DNA from: a virus
Taxonomy: Duplodnaviria; Heunggongvirae; Uroviricota; Caudoviricetes
IMG/VR virus record: IMGVR_UViG_3300031857_000071
Span: 18,271 to 82,270 of that record
Length of the DNA stretch: 64,000 nucleotides
Reading direction: 5' to 3' (one strand)
Part shown: one piece after another, positions 28,783-39,301 of the stretch
Numbering within the stretch: position 1 is the stretch's first letter
Layout: each line of letters opens with the position of its first letter
Program-made: the position numbers and the translations under genes
Notes under the pieces: model-generated
What the model saw: only the letters and a program-made list of their open reading frames with translations
What the model was told of the DNA's origin: nothing
The model's database searches: none

Positions 28783-28815
28783 ACGCCAAAAGTCAAGGCG
28801 TATACCTTTTTCTTT
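28783..28815 (-). terminator. Terminator hairpin overlapping the -35 of a downstream promoter
   Basis: Minus strand ACGCCTTGACTTTTGGCGT + TTTTTGTTTTATGAT. Also reads as TTGACT-N17-TATGAT. Confidence 0.4.
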
Positions 28816-28911
28816 CGGCGTTCTTCGATTTCTTGATATATCTTTACCTGTTCCAGGAATAACTCAAAATTGTCCATAATAAAACCAGAATTGTTTCAGA
28901 TAGTTTATTTA

Positions 28912-29073
28912 GCAGTCACGGTATCAATCTGATTCTTTAAAATTTCAACTGTTGCGGCCAATTCTTCGTTCACACGAATGCCTTCTAAATTCAGTTCTTG
29001 GATTCTATTTTCCAATTGCTTCATTTCGGCAATCATCTTATCAAATTCTTGTTCAATTACATTTTGCATGTTA
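28912..29073 (-). CDS. Small hypothetical coiled-coil protein (54 aa, below track cutoff)
   Basis: ATG..TAA ORF MQNVIEQEFDKMIAEMKQLENRIQELN... in an otherwise unannotated gap. Confidence 0.25.
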
Positions 29074-29172
29074 GTACATTCCTGTATTCTTTGGATTCTT
29101 ACGAATTTCTAATAGAATTTCGTAAAACATTTCCAGTGCTTGTTTAATTAAAGACATGTTTGTCTCCAATAT

Positions 29173-29391
29173 TTAGACAGCCTTGGCGGCTTTTTGCACT
29201 GCGTTTGTTGCTTCTTCTGAAACGTGTGTGGAAATATCAGTGAATGATTTTACGATTTGTTTTGTGAATGCGGTTTGTGCATCAACAAATGCGTTGAGTG
29301 GCTTACGAATCTTTTCATCAGTGATGAAAGCGGATACGAAATACTTTTTGGAACCTTGGACGGTATCGATGAATGTGTCTGTTGCGAACAT
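29173..29391 (-). CDS. Hypothetical protein
   Basis: 72-aa ORF. Confidence 0.3.
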   Translation of the reverse strand: MFATDTFIDTVQGSKKYFVSAFITDEKIRKPLNAFVDAQTAFTKQIVKSFTDISTHVSEEATNAVQKAAKAV

Positions 29392-29507
29392 TGTTTTCTC
29401 CTAAATTTAGCGAGGGTTAATAAAAGCGGTAACCATATTAGCGTTACTACTTAGATTATATAGGAGTTTTTGTTGCAGTGCAACATGTATTTCATAGAAT
29501 ACCAAGT

Positions 29508-29765
29508 CTAAAGTTTCTCAATGTAATTGTATTGTAGATGCCGCTTAGCCTCATTCACCGAATGAGTTTTATGACCATTGATATAGATGACCTTCGGTGA
29601 ATATATCAGAATTTCACCATGAGTCATTTTCAGCCGATAAAAGGTTTTACCCTTAGAATCAACTTCTTTTGTTCTAATATCACGGAAATTCTCAGCGAGA
29701 CCAGCCCACATGATAGTTTCACGAATCTCATCCGAGATTAACATACGAAAATAATTTGCGTTCAT
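29508..29765 (-). CDS. Hypothetical protein
   Basis: 85-aa ORF. Confidence 0.3.
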   Translation of the reverse strand: MNANYFRMLISDEIRETIMWAGLAENFRDIRTKEVDSKGKTFYRLKMTHGEILIYSPKVIYINGHKTHSVNEAKRHLQYNYIEKL

Positions 29766-30056
29766 AATATATTATAACATAATCACATCAAAATGGCAAG
29801 TGTTATTTCACGTTTGTTGCAAAAAAACAACAGTCTGGAACGCTCTAGGAGTGCCTAGGTCACTTGGCACTGTTCACGGCTTCTACAAGGCGCTTCCATT
29901 CGTCCTGATTGAGGAAAAACTCAACCTTAGACTGTATGGCATCTGGAAACTTAGCGCCTTGGTATTTGGTCGTTAGTTTCACATGTTTTAATTCACGTAT
30001 ATCATCTACTTCTAGGAAGTATTGATATTGTTGATATTCATCAGAAATTTGAAATC

Positions 30057-31286
30057 TCATATAAACCCCATTTTACGTTCGGTTGTTTTTTTCATATTTG
30101 TATTCTGTTCAAAGAATACATCGGCAATGGACCATGAAGAACGTTCACGATTCAATTTTGTTCCAACTTTAGTTGCCAATTTTTCTGCCTGTTCTTGATT
30201 CAGTTCATCAAAGTGCAGAATGTCATAGCAACGACCTGGACGGATCAGTGCAGAATCAATGTCACGAATAGATGGCAAGTTTGTGGAGAAAATCAGTTTC
30301 TTGTTTCGTGTAGTCACAAGACCATCACCAACGTTTAGAAACTTGTGCATCATTGTATTACCTTCGGAACGTGCCTTCAGGAACATATCAGCATCTTCTA
30401 GAACAAGAACGTTCTTCTCACCTTCAATGAAGTTGGCGAACACATAATCTTTCTCCAAAACATTTGAATCATAAGACACAATAGCAGATGCTTCAGAGTG
30501 TTGTAGGAGACCACGAATGAATGTGGTTTTACCGGTGCCTGGTGGTCCAATCAACAATAGAATAGATGCAGATGAGTGCATGAAGCCATCATAGAATTCG
30601 GCGAGTGTTTGACCCTCAAGGAAAGGATACATTTCCTCAACTGGCATACGGTCGTGCCGTAGTGGAATTTCAATAGAAGAACCATCAGAGGAATAAATCC
30701 ATTCGATTTGGTTTGTTACAAACTCAAAATCAGTTTCAAATTGCTTTTCGTATTTCTCAACGAAATCTTCATCACCCACAAGTTCAACAGAAACGTGTGT
30801 AGAATGAATGTTGAAGAACAAATAAGAAAAAGAATCATCATCAAAGAAATAACCTGTTCCATTTTCATATTGGAAGCGGCGGATGTCCTGAATCGTGTCA
30901 ATGTAATCCAACCATTCTTTTTTGGTTGCGTACATGCTCAACCGAGTTTGGAATGTTTCGAGTTGACGATCAGAACGTTCATGTAAAATTTTGCTTGTGA
31001 TTAGGTCTGCAATATCATTTGCACCCAAGAAAATTTCACCATTAACATCATTCATCTTTATACCTTCATTTCTCCACCATTGTGGTCTTTTACTACGTCT
31101 GTTTATGTTTCTTCTTGCAATTGCTCTAACTGACATATTTTTAATACCTGCCCATATAACATGTTTCTTTCTGGTTTTCCTTGAACCACTCCGTGATTCG
31201 CTTCTGCCAATTTCGGCAAGCCACTTATCAATTCTTTTTGAAACAGCCGACCCGCTTTTAATAGTTTTAAACCTTCTCCGTCTCAT
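30057..31286 (-). CDS. AAA+ ATPase with a roughly 230-aa N-terminal domain of unknown function
   Basis: Walker A LLLIGPPGTGKTTF, Walker B VLVLEDADMF, arginine-finger region IRPGRCYDILHF. Confidence 0.55.
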   Translation of the reverse strand: MRRRRFKTIKSGSAVSKRIDKWLAEIGRSESRSGSRKTRKKHVIWAGIKNMSVRAIARRNINRRSKRPQWWRNEGIKMNDVNGEIFLGANDIADLITSKILHERSDRQLETFQTRLSMYATKKEWLDYIDTIQDIRRFQYENGTGYFFDDDSFSYLFFNIHSTHVSVELVGDEDFVEKYEKQFETDFEFVTNQIEWIYSSDGSSIEIPLRHDRMPVEEMYPFLEGQTLAEFYDGFMHSSASILLLIGPPGTGKTTFIRGLLQHSEASAIVSYDSNVLEKDYVFANFIEGEKNVLVLEDADMFLKARSEGNTMMHKFLNVGDGLVTTRNKKLIFSTNLPSIRDIDSALIRPGRCYDILHFDELNQEQAEKLATKVGTKLNRERSSWSIADVFFEQNTNMKKTTERKMGFI

Positions 31287-31396
31287 CGAATTCTACCACC
31301 CATGTTGCCCAATCATTCCGTTTGATTTTACTCATGTCAATAGAATTATCTTTGCAAAACTTCCATGCATCAAGATAAAAGTGAAAAAATTCCATA

Positions 31397-31588
31397 TCAT
31401 TTGTCCTTTGCTTTGTATTCGAAATTCCAATACTGACGACCCTCTGGAGTGTACTCTATGTTACCCCGTCTGTCAACAGTTTCAAGCCATCGACAGTCAT
31501 TGTTTGCCACAGTAACAGGAAACCATGCGAACCAATCGTGCCATTGCATTTTACCAGAATAGTCTTTTGGTCCGCATTTAAGTTTCAT
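31397..31588 (-). CDS. Small hypothetical protein
   Basis: 63-aa Trp-rich ORF between the SPFH and AAA genes. Confidence 0.3.
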   Translation of the reverse strand: MKLKCGPKDYSGKMQWHDWFAWFPVTVANNDCRWLETVDRRGNIEYTPEGRQYWNFEYKAKDK

Positions 31589-32401
31589 TTATTTACCTAC
31601 GTTTACGTTAGGATTCGCACCAATCACAAGAGTGTTGCCTTTGAATGATGCAATACCTTGAGCCTGAATCTTAGCGGCTTCTGCAAGTGTCATACGAGTT
31701 TGAGCATCCATGTATTGAATAGCGCCAGCGTTTGAGTTCAAAGCGGCAATACGTTCAGCTTCTTTCTTGGCAGTTTCAACTTCAACAGTCTTTTGCTTGA
31801 ATTCATTCTTTGCACGAACCAAATCATTGGCAGATGCAACAACAGAATCAGCCGGCACAACATTACGAATCATAACTTGGCTGATAGTGATTGAACCGTC
31901 CAGTTTTTCTTCTGAAAGGTTACGGACGATTTCGTCCTTGATAAAGTTCTCCATGTCAGAACGGGCGTCTGCCATGTCCAAGGCCTCATACTTACGTGCG
32001 GCTTTGTAGATAGCATTACGGGCATTTTGCACCACATAGTTGTACATCACATATGTATCACCTTTAAACTCAGCGTGAAAACTCTTGTTCTTTGTGGAGT
32101 ACAATTCAGCAACAGTTTGCGGATTGATGTTGTAAACAACTACAGCATCAAAGTCTTTCATTGTAGAATTATCTTTTGCAACGGGTGTCATATTCTCCAA
32201 TACAACGTTCACATCCTTAATTGGGAACGTAAGCACAGTACCAACCAATGTTTGGTTGAAAGAACCTGGAAGCAATTCACCAGATTGTACCTGTTTATCA
32301 AAGCCAACACGAACACCAACTTCACCAGTTTCAATACGAGTACAAGCGGCAGTCATTGCAACAGCGGCGGCGATAACAGAAATTTTCAGAAAGCGAGACA
32401 T
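31589..32401 (-). CDS. SPFH/band-7 (prohibitin-like) lipoprotein
   Basis: Signal peptide plus lipobox VAMTAAC. GEVGVRVGFDK-type SPFH core and a C-terminal coiled-coil. Confidence 0.55.
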   Translation of the reverse strand: MSRFLKISVIAAAVAMTAACTRIETGEVGVRVGFDKQVQSGELLPGSFNQTLVGTVLTFPIKDVNVVLENMTPVAKDNSTMKDFDAVVVYNINPQTVAELYSTKNKSFHAEFKGDTYVMYNYVVQNARNAIYKAARKYEALDMADARSDMENFIKDEIVRNLSEEKLDGSITISQVMIRNVVPADSVVASANDLVRAKNEFKQKTVEVETAKKEAERIAALNSNAGAIQYMDAQTRMTLAEAAKIQAQGIASFKGNTLVIGANPNVNVGK

Positions 32402-32583
32402 AACAATCCTTTAAAAGAGAACAACAATAGAAATGAGAAACACAGTGGTGATTATAGCACAGACCAGACTATATGCAAGCAGTTTAGTTAGAATCCATTT
32501 TTCTTTACCACTTAGTTGAGTAAACACTTTGATACCAAAAAAGGTAATCAAGAATACAATAACGAATGCAAGAATAATACGTA

Positions 32584-33141
32584 TCATGGAAATTTCCATC
32601 CTTTAGAAGTGTATTTTTCAACACGTTTTTGTGAAAGTGCAAAAGCATTCTTATGCTCATTCTTAATCAGGTGTTTGTTAAGAATAGCATTGTATTGCTT
32701 CTGTGAAATGTGAAGTGAATTGTTTGAAATTTTATACCACGGCATACAATGCACAAAATCAAATGTGCTTCTTGCATCAGCCGTATGAAGTGTAATCACT
32801 TGGAGTTTATTGATAAAGGTTGTGGCATTAGCAGTGACCAATTTACCTTCAATTTGAACCTCAACATACTTTTCATCGGCATCTTGAATGAGATTTTTAT
32901 CCATGCCAGTAACATATTGTTTGAAAGACATGATATCATTTGTATTGTTTAAATACAAATCGTAGTCTTTAGGTGGTTCATTGTGCATTAGTGAAGAAAT
33001 GGCACCACCACTAACAATAGCCTTATCTCTAAGAAAATCCCTAAGGGCTTCTGGAAGTTGATTCAACAAAACGGACATATTTGCAAACAGAGCCTTTTTT
33101 GCATCCAGCACATGTTCTTTGTCAATATCTTTAAGTGTCAT
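32584..33141 (-). CDS. Hypothetical protein
   Basis: 185-aa ORF. Confidence 0.3.
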   Translation of the reverse strand: MTLKDIDKEHVLDAKKALFANMSVLLNQLPEALRDFLRDKAIVSGGAISSLMHNEPPKDYDLYLNNTNDIMSFKQYVTGMDKNLIQDADEKYVEVQIEGKLVTANATTFINKLQVITLHTADARSTFDFVHCMPWYKISNNSLHISQKQYNAILNKHLIKNEHKNAFALSQKRVEKYTSKGWKFP

Positions 33142-33457
33142 TGTAGTGCATTCTCAAAATCTTAACTTGGTCATTTGGTGCAAGATAACACCTTGCATTT
33201 ACAAGTGTGTCTAGTGTGATGTTATCTCGCATCTGTGTGAATTCAACAAGACCATTAGAAATCATGAATTCGGCAAGTTGTGTTGCCATAGAAGTTCTAA
33301 GGTATTGTTTGAATTCATGGTCCGCATACAACATTTTGTGTTCAGGCACACGAATTGTACCACGGACCATCTTACCACCAATTGCAACATCCTTATAAGT
33401 AAACTTGAAGTCCTCATAAGGATTAAAATCCCAATTTAGTGGGGTTTTATAGGACAT
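33131..33457 (-). CDS. Hypothetical protein
   Basis: 108-aa ORF. Confidence 0.3.
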   Translation of the reverse strand: MSYKTPLNWDFNPYEDFKFTYKDVAIGGKMVRGTIRVPEHKMLYADHEFKQYLRTSMATQLAEFMISNGLVEFTQMRDNITLDTLVNARCYLAPNDQVKILRMHYNDT

Positions 33458-33804
33458 TACACAATTTCAGGTGCAATGTCGTTGGTCTCAGTAGCCTTTT
33501 GCTTTTCACGTTTAACTGGTGCAACAGGCGCAACAGGCTGAACACGACCGATGTAGCGACCTTCAGGAGAAAACTCTTGGAAGTTCACCAACTGATATGC
33601 AGTCACTTTGCGACCATCTTTGTGGACACGGACAATACCACCATCTTTGCGGATGTTGTAAATGTTAGTGGACAAACGATAGAGAACACCTTCTTGGTCG
33701 GAACCCTTGAAGCAAGCCTCAATCTCTGCGGGAGAGATAGGTTTGCCAGAGAGCATAACGCAAGCAATTTTTTCGTGACGGTTGATTTTAGTGGTAGTAC
33801 GCAT
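33457..33804 (-). CDS. Hypothetical protein
   Basis: 115-aa ORF. Confidence 0.3.
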   Translation of the reverse strand: MRTTTKINRHEKIACVMLSGKPISPAEIEACFKGSDQEGVLYRLSTNIYNIRKDGGIVRVHKDGRKVTAYQLVNFQEFSPEGRYIGRVQPVAPVAPVKREKQKATETNDIAPEIV

Positions 33805-33894
33805 AATATATCCTTTTCAAAAGAGAATTACCAGATTCAATTGTAACAGAGTGGCAGTCTGGTGGCAACCACTCTGTTGTTAAAATACCACAGT

Positions 33895-35067
33895 TTAGAA
33901 TGGTATTTCTTCATCAGGTGAGGTAGGCATCACAGGTGCGGTGTTTGCCTCCGCCACTTTGATATCAACCTTCGCATACAGGTCAAGGAACGAATCCTTG
34001 GTCTCTTGGTCAAAACGATTCACACACAGTTGAATTGCCTTCTGACGGTCTTTGAAGATTGAATAGGTCTTTGCAATGTGGACCAAACGGCGAGTGGAAA
34101 CAATCTCATCAACACCGCCTTCGGCAAATGTTTTACGAATAACATCAGCCCACTTCACAAGGTTCTCGGCAAACTCATCATCATTCAACAATGGTTTCAG
34201 AATCTTGAGTTCGACTTTGGACTCAGGATATTCCTGTTCCACGGTAATGTTGAAACGTTCAAGGAACGCATCATCAAGAATCTGTGAAAGGTAACGACCT
34301 TCTTCAGAGCCACGACCTTTAGTGTTTGCAGTAGCAACAACGTTGAAGCCACGTTTTGGATAGATGTATTCACCAGACTTTTTGTTGAAGTAAGGTTTGC
34401 CTTCGAGAATACCTTGGAGGCACATCAGTTTGTTAGAACCACGGTCAACTTCGTCAATCAACAGGATTGCACCACGTTTCATGGCAGTCATAACAGGACC
34501 ATCACGGTACACCACGTTACCATCAATCAGTGTAGGACCACCAATCAGGTCAGATTCATCGGTTTCAACGGAGATGTTAACACGGATGCATTCACGTTTG
34601 AGTGTAGCACACACTTGTTCAACCATCAGCGTTTTGCCATTGCCTGACATACCAGTGATAAACACGGGAAAGAATTCCTGTGATAGTACAATCGAGGTCA
34701 GGTCTTTGTAGAAACCAAAGGGCACATAGCCTTGGTACTTTTCGGGAATGGATGTGTCTGCATGGTCTTCGAGTTTCTTTTGACGGAGAACATGGACGGT
34801 TGCAGTTTGTGCCATTTCGACAACAGCAGGTTCTTCCATAACCGTTGCAGTCATGGCAGGACGCACAGCATTAGGTGCATCAGGAAGGAGGTACTGACCA
34901 CGATTCGCACGGAATTCTTGGCGAGTAACAAACCAGAAGGGATACGGGACTGACCGTTCATCAACGACACGTTGAATTTGGTCACGATTCAAAATTGCAT
35001 TCTCACCGAAAATCTCAGTAGCGGCTTGGACGAATGCTTTTGCATTACGATTCATAAAGTTCTCCAT
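33895..35067 (-). CDS. cobS: MoxR/CobS-family AAA+ ATPase (the gene usually annotated cobS in marine T4-like phages)
   Basis: Walker A ITGMSGNGKT, Walker B AILLIDEVDR, AAA_5-like layout, about 390 aa. Confidence 0.55.
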   Translation of the reverse strand: MENFMNRNAKAFVQAATEIFGENAILNRDQIQRVVDERSVPYPFWFVTRQEFRANRGQYLLPDAPNAVRPAMTATVMEEPAVVEMAQTATVHVLRQKKLEDHADTSIPEKYQGYVPFGFYKDLTSIVLSQEFFPVFITGMSGNGKTLMVEQVCATLKRECIRVNISVETDESDLIGGPTLIDGNVVYRDGPVMTAMKRGAILLIDEVDRGSNKLMCLQGILEGKPYFNKKSGEYIYPKRGFNVVATANTKGRGSEEGRYLSQILDDAFLERFNITVEQEYPESKVELKILKPLLNDDEFAENLVKWADVIRKTFAEGGVDEIVSTRRLVHIAKTYSIFKDRQKAIQLCVNRFDQETKDSFLDLYAKVDIKVAEANTAPVMPTSPDEEIPF

Positions 35068-35104
35068 AACAAGGTGTTTCTATTATATCACAGTTTCTGC
35101 CACA

Positions 35105-35135
35105 TGGCAACCATTTTTTGGTAGACATGTTGCAT
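35105..35135 (-). promoter_or_regulatory. Phage early-type promoter upstream of the cobS-like gene
   Basis: Minus strand TTGCCA-N17-TATAAT with TGnTATAAT extension. Same core as the island repeats. Confidence 0.45.
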
Positions 35136-35520
35136 GGAAACAACAATCATGTACCAGTTTATATCCATATTTACCTCTTTCCATTCTTGTTTGTTGCATA
35201 AGTAGGTATGTCCATCCTTCAAATGAGGTTCACCTGGACATCCACCTTAGTTACATTCATCTTATCATCATAACTGGTATAGGTCTTACCAAAACCAGTG
35301 ATGTTTTCTCTAGCACAGGTTTCCAATGCCATCCACACCGCAACACGTTGAGAAGTGAATACAAATTTATTCTGAAGGTCTTTCACATCCATAATGAAAC
35401 CAACACCATTTACAATGGCACGGAACTTCTGAGTGTTATTGAGACCCCAAATGATTTGCTTAGTACGCATTACGAACCTTTCACATTGAATAAGACTCTA
35501 TTATACCACAGGCCAAAAAA

Positions 35521-35560
35521 AAGGCAACCATAAAGATTGCCCTTTGTTGTTTTTTTACAA
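35521..35560. terminator. Bidirectional rho-independent terminator
   Basis: aaaaaaGGCAACCataaagaTTGCCctttgttgttttttt; hairpin flanked by A-run and T-run. Confidence 0.55.
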
Positions 35561-36029
35561 CACTTCACCAATAGCCATCGGAACAGCCAAGGACGTATTC
35601 GTACACACGTTTCCGTCCTTCCGCACCAGTTTGGTACACTTCATCAGGTGTTTTCAAATCAAATGCTTTGTTTGGTGAATCCCACCAGCCATCGACCAAT
35701 TGTGGTGAACCTATCATAGCATACAGATAGCGATTGATATCAGATTTTATAATCACATTTTCAATTTGGCGTTTGCGCCAGCCTTGTGCAGTCATCATTT
35801 AACTCCGAAAAGACTTTTAATCAATATTGCACCAAAACCAGGATCATACGGAAAAGGTTCATCTTTCCATTTGAGTAGTTCATTTGCACATTCTTTAACC
35901 AGAAGTTCAGTGAATACTTCAAACTCTTTTGAGTAGTCAGAAGACCAATCAATCACAGCACCTTCTGGTTTCCATTCCTCAGAACCCCAAAATACAAAGC
36001 CAGCTTTTTCGGCTAAGAATCTAATTCTC

Positions 36030-36497
36030 TCATTCATTTTCCACCCCATCATTCAAATCTTCTTCACGTGTGTGTACATCACATGCGGTGTAAATCCAAC
36101 CACGACCACGCATTTTACCTGGTGCTCCACATTTTTCACAAGTAAATGCACTCATAGATTCCGCCATACGCACCATACCATCGATAGTATCATCACCACC
36201 ATGATAATAGAATCTGAGTGTGCCAAACTTTTCTTTCACTTGGTCAACCACAACCTGCGGCACTTCATCACGAATTTTTTGATCGTATGGATTATCCTTC
36301 AAAAGACGTTCACGTTGGCCATTCTTCCAATCAATGTGGTGTTGCATGTTTGCACAGAGTGCATTAATGATATTGAACCATCCATCACCATGTTCAAAAC
36401 CCCAACACATGGCAGTTTCTCTCATGTCTGCATTACGATTCACAAACATTCTAGGATACTTTTCACAAAGTAGTTTATCTAGTTCTTCACGCATCAC
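36030..36497 (-). CDS. Hypothetical protein with C-terminal zinc-ribbon-like Cys pairs
   Basis: 155 aa, CEKCG ... C. Confidence 0.3.
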   Translation of the reverse strand: MMREELDKLLCEKYPRMFVNRNADMRETAMCWGFEHGDGWFNIINALCANMQHHIDWKNGQRERLLKDNPYDQKIRDEVPQVVVDQVKEKFGTLRFYYHGGDDTIDGMVRMAESMSAFTCEKCGAPGKMRGRGWIYTACDVHTREEDLNDGVENE

Positions 36498-36881
36498 CAG
36501 TCCTTCACATCAGTAATATCAACAGTCGTATCTTTATTATCAAACAAATCAAACTTCACACGAACATTTGCACCAATGCCGGATGAATGGTCAGCTTCAA
36601 CCTCAAAGTGTTTAATGTCTTTGAAGTGTTGTGCAATCTCATACAGTTTTTCAATCTGTTCATGGTTTAAAATAATACTCTTAGCCACAATTAACCTCCG
36701 TAATATTTGATAACGGTATCCAATGCTTCAAGCAAGCGAGTGTTATACACCACATCTTCCGGATGCAGATAACTACCTTTTTTGAATTGTTTCAATTCCT
36801 TTTTGATATATTTCTGGTGGTCTTTCAATGATATCAATGCAAGACGTTCAGCGGTTTCAATATCGATTTCAAGTTTAGCCA

Positions 36882-37355
36882 TTATGTTCTCCAAATTTCT
36901 TTAAAGCCTTCATCTTCGGTTGGTTCATCCCAACCATCAATCATAGATTGAAGTACATCAGATGGTATCACCTTTCCTGGTCTGTTGGCAAGTCTTTTTT
37001 GAAGTTCTTCGGGCTTTGGGATCCGAAAAACCACAGCAATCGCATAATATTCCGGTAACATTCGGAATTTCTTCGCCCTTGATGCAATAGTGGTGGAGGT
37101 TTGGTCCCAAATGATATCCTTACCAGCATCACGTGCGCCATTTACAGCACCAGCCATTCTTGCAACGGCAATAGGCATATATTCTTCAAACACCTCAGTG
37201 TAGGTTTTACCAACAGTTTTAGCCCATTCTTCAACATACGTATCAGTTGAAATATATGCACAATCTTTCATCCAAAACTGTTGGTTTTTTACCCATGTGG
37301 ACTTACCAGAACCTGGTACACCAATCAGCATGTAGAGTTTAGGTTTTTCGTTCAT
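36882..37355 (-). CDS. P-loop kinase-like protein (AAA_33/adenylate-kinase-like)
   Basis: N-terminal YMLIGVPGSGKST Walker A, 157 aa. Confidence 0.45.
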   Translation of the reverse strand: MNEKPKLYMLIGVPGSGKSTWVKNQQFWMKDCAYISTDTYVEEWAKTVGKTYTEVFEEYMPIAVARMAGAVNGARDAGKDIIWDQTSTTIASRAKKFRMLPEYYAIAVVFRIPKPEELQKRLANRPGKVIPSDVLQSMIDGWDEPTEDEGFKEIWRT

Positions 37356-37855
37356 TCAATACCTTTCGACAATCAATCAATAAATCTCTTACTGCATCAT
37401 GGTTAGCGAGTTCGGGATTAAATAGACCACCATTGGACAAATATGCCGTGATTCTATCAATCAGTTCTTGTGCTTTATCGTTCATCAGGTTCTTTCTCAT
37501 AACATGTTAAACACACAGCATCATACCGTGGACCACCCATAGAAGCAATAGCACCTCGGCAATACTTACACATGATAAAAGCACAGGTAGTAACAAAGTC
37601 ACGTTTAGCTTCGTACATCGGATAGAATCCTTCTTCACGTTCTGTATAACCTATTAGCTTACGGTCTTCATTCATCTTGAATTTCCCTCAGTTTTTCTAA
37701 TGCTTCAATCAATGCGGGTATAGTGCGTCTATCGAATTCGAATTTAATAGGTGTACCCAAGAAATCATAATCGTGAATGTGCATTGACACCATCATCAAT
37801 CTATCATCACTCAAAGTGATATACGGAGAACCGTCCGGTTTTTCTAAAATAACTT

Positions 37856-38173
37856 TCATACATTTCCCAATCCAATTCTACTATAACCTAACTTGCTTTT
37901 AATCTCTTTACGGTACGTGTTCTTCTCTGGTTTCCACGCTCTTGGATCAACTGTTTCACCAGTAAGCACATAGCGAAAGTCTGGATCATATATCATGCGG
38001 CCTGATAATTTCCATATTGGTTCACCGTTATATGGAAAAATACAACCACGGCACATACACCAACTCCAGCCACTGTCAGTCATTACATTACCGTTTACAG
38101 TGCCAACGTATTTGACTACGTTGCCTTTGTGCATTTCTTTGATAGCTTCGTGATAGTCAATCATTGTTTTCAT
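37856..38173 (-). CDS. Hypothetical protein
   Basis: 105-aa ORF. Confidence 0.3.
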   Translation of the reverse strand: MKTMIDYHEAIKEMHKGNVVKYVGTVNGNVMTDSGWSWCMCRGCIFPYNGEPIWKLSGRMIYDPDFRYVLTGETVDPRAWKPEKNTYRKEIKSKLGYSRIGLGNV

Positions 38174-38511
38174 CTTGATACACTCACTTTGGCATCAGGG
38201 TCATCCCAACATGCATTACGATACTCATACACGAACTTTTCAAGGTTATTGTATGTACCCCATCCGTTTTCAGGATTGAACGTCATGTAGTGGTAAGGGT
38301 CTGACAATAGAATATTCCATCCTTCATCCAGAAGTTCGGAAATATCTTTCGCATACTCCAGACCGTGCTCATCAGGTCGCCAAAGTACATCATACAATGT
38401 CAGACCATTTGCCAGTTTGACCTGTGCGGCCATTTTACCTAGATTGTGTGTGATGTTTCCAGAATATACAGAAGTTGGTTGCACCACCATCAAATCAACA
38501 TCGAGGCTCAT
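38170..38511 (-). CDS. Hypothetical protein
   Basis: 113-aa ORF. Confidence 0.3.
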   Translation of the reverse strand: MSLDVDLMVVQPTSVYSGNITHNLGKMAAQVKLANGLTLYDVLWRPDEHGLEYAKDISELLDEGWNILLSDPYHYMTFNPENGWGTYNNLEKFVYEYRNACWDDPDAKVSVSR

Positions 38512-38849
38512 CTCACAGTCACCATGAATTCGTTTGGCTTTTTAGTATCTTGAATTGATGCAGTAAAACCAACAGTTTTGAATGCACCATAAATTGTTTT
38601 CTTATTGTTTGCGGTGAGTAAAATCTTTTTACCAACCTTCAAATTCGATTCACGCAAGAATTGAGTTAAGCCATTTGGTGCCCTAGTTTTCATGGCTTTT
38701 GTGGCTTTGATCTTGGCTACCTTGGGTTCTTTGATTGCTTTTGGTTTACCATAGCTTGCAGTATCAATCATGAGTTTACCTTGAATGATGTGCATGTCAA
38801 CGGGTGAATCAAAATAAATGGTTGCGTTGTTAAAAATCACAGAGTGCAT
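38508..38849 (-). CDS. Hypothetical protein
   Basis: 113-aa ORF. Confidence 0.3.
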   Translation of the reverse strand: MHSVIFNNATIYFDSPVDMHIIQGKLMIDTASYGKPKAIKEPKVAKIKATKAMKTRAPNGLTQFLRESNLKVGKKILLTANNKKTIYGAFKTVGFTASIQDTKKPNEFMVTVR

Positions 38850-38860
38850 AATATATCCTA

Positions 38861-39301
38861 TCAGTTGTTACGGGTTTCACGTTTTATATAAAAATCACGA
38901 ATTGCTCTCGCATCATGGAGTGCATTGTGCGGAACTAATGATTCATATTCAATACCAAAGTCTAATTCGAATTTGATATTTGGTAGCAGACCGAGGCGCA
39001 TACCTGGTCCTGTGATAATGGACTCACAGAAGTGTCGAATGTCATCAGGCCAATCGGCAATGATAATCGTTTCACTTTTGTTATTCCACAGATAGTTCGC
39101 CAATTCTTGTTGGAATTGATGATGGGTACATGGAACCAAAAACATATGTGGTGCAACATTCTCACGCACCCAAGGGTCCAATTGGTCTTTGATTTCCAAT
39201 TCTTTATAGAATTCGGGAAATGTAGTGTCCTCTGGTACCAATGCCATAGACATTAGTTTACCACCAAAGCCATTGAATTCAGTATCTAGAAAAAATCTCA
39301 T
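38861..39301 (-). CDS. DEDDh 3'-5' exonuclease (DnaQ/RNase T-like; dexA-like)
   Basis: Exo I FFLDTEFNG, Exo III HNALHDARA. Confidence 0.55.
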   Translation of the reverse strand: MRFFLDTEFNGFGGKLMSMALVPEDTTFPEFYKELEIKDQLDPWVRENVAPHMFLVPCTHHQFQQELANYLWNNKSETIIIADWPDDIRHFCESIITGPGMRLGLLPNIKFELDFGIEYESLVPHNALHDARAIRDFYIKRETRNN

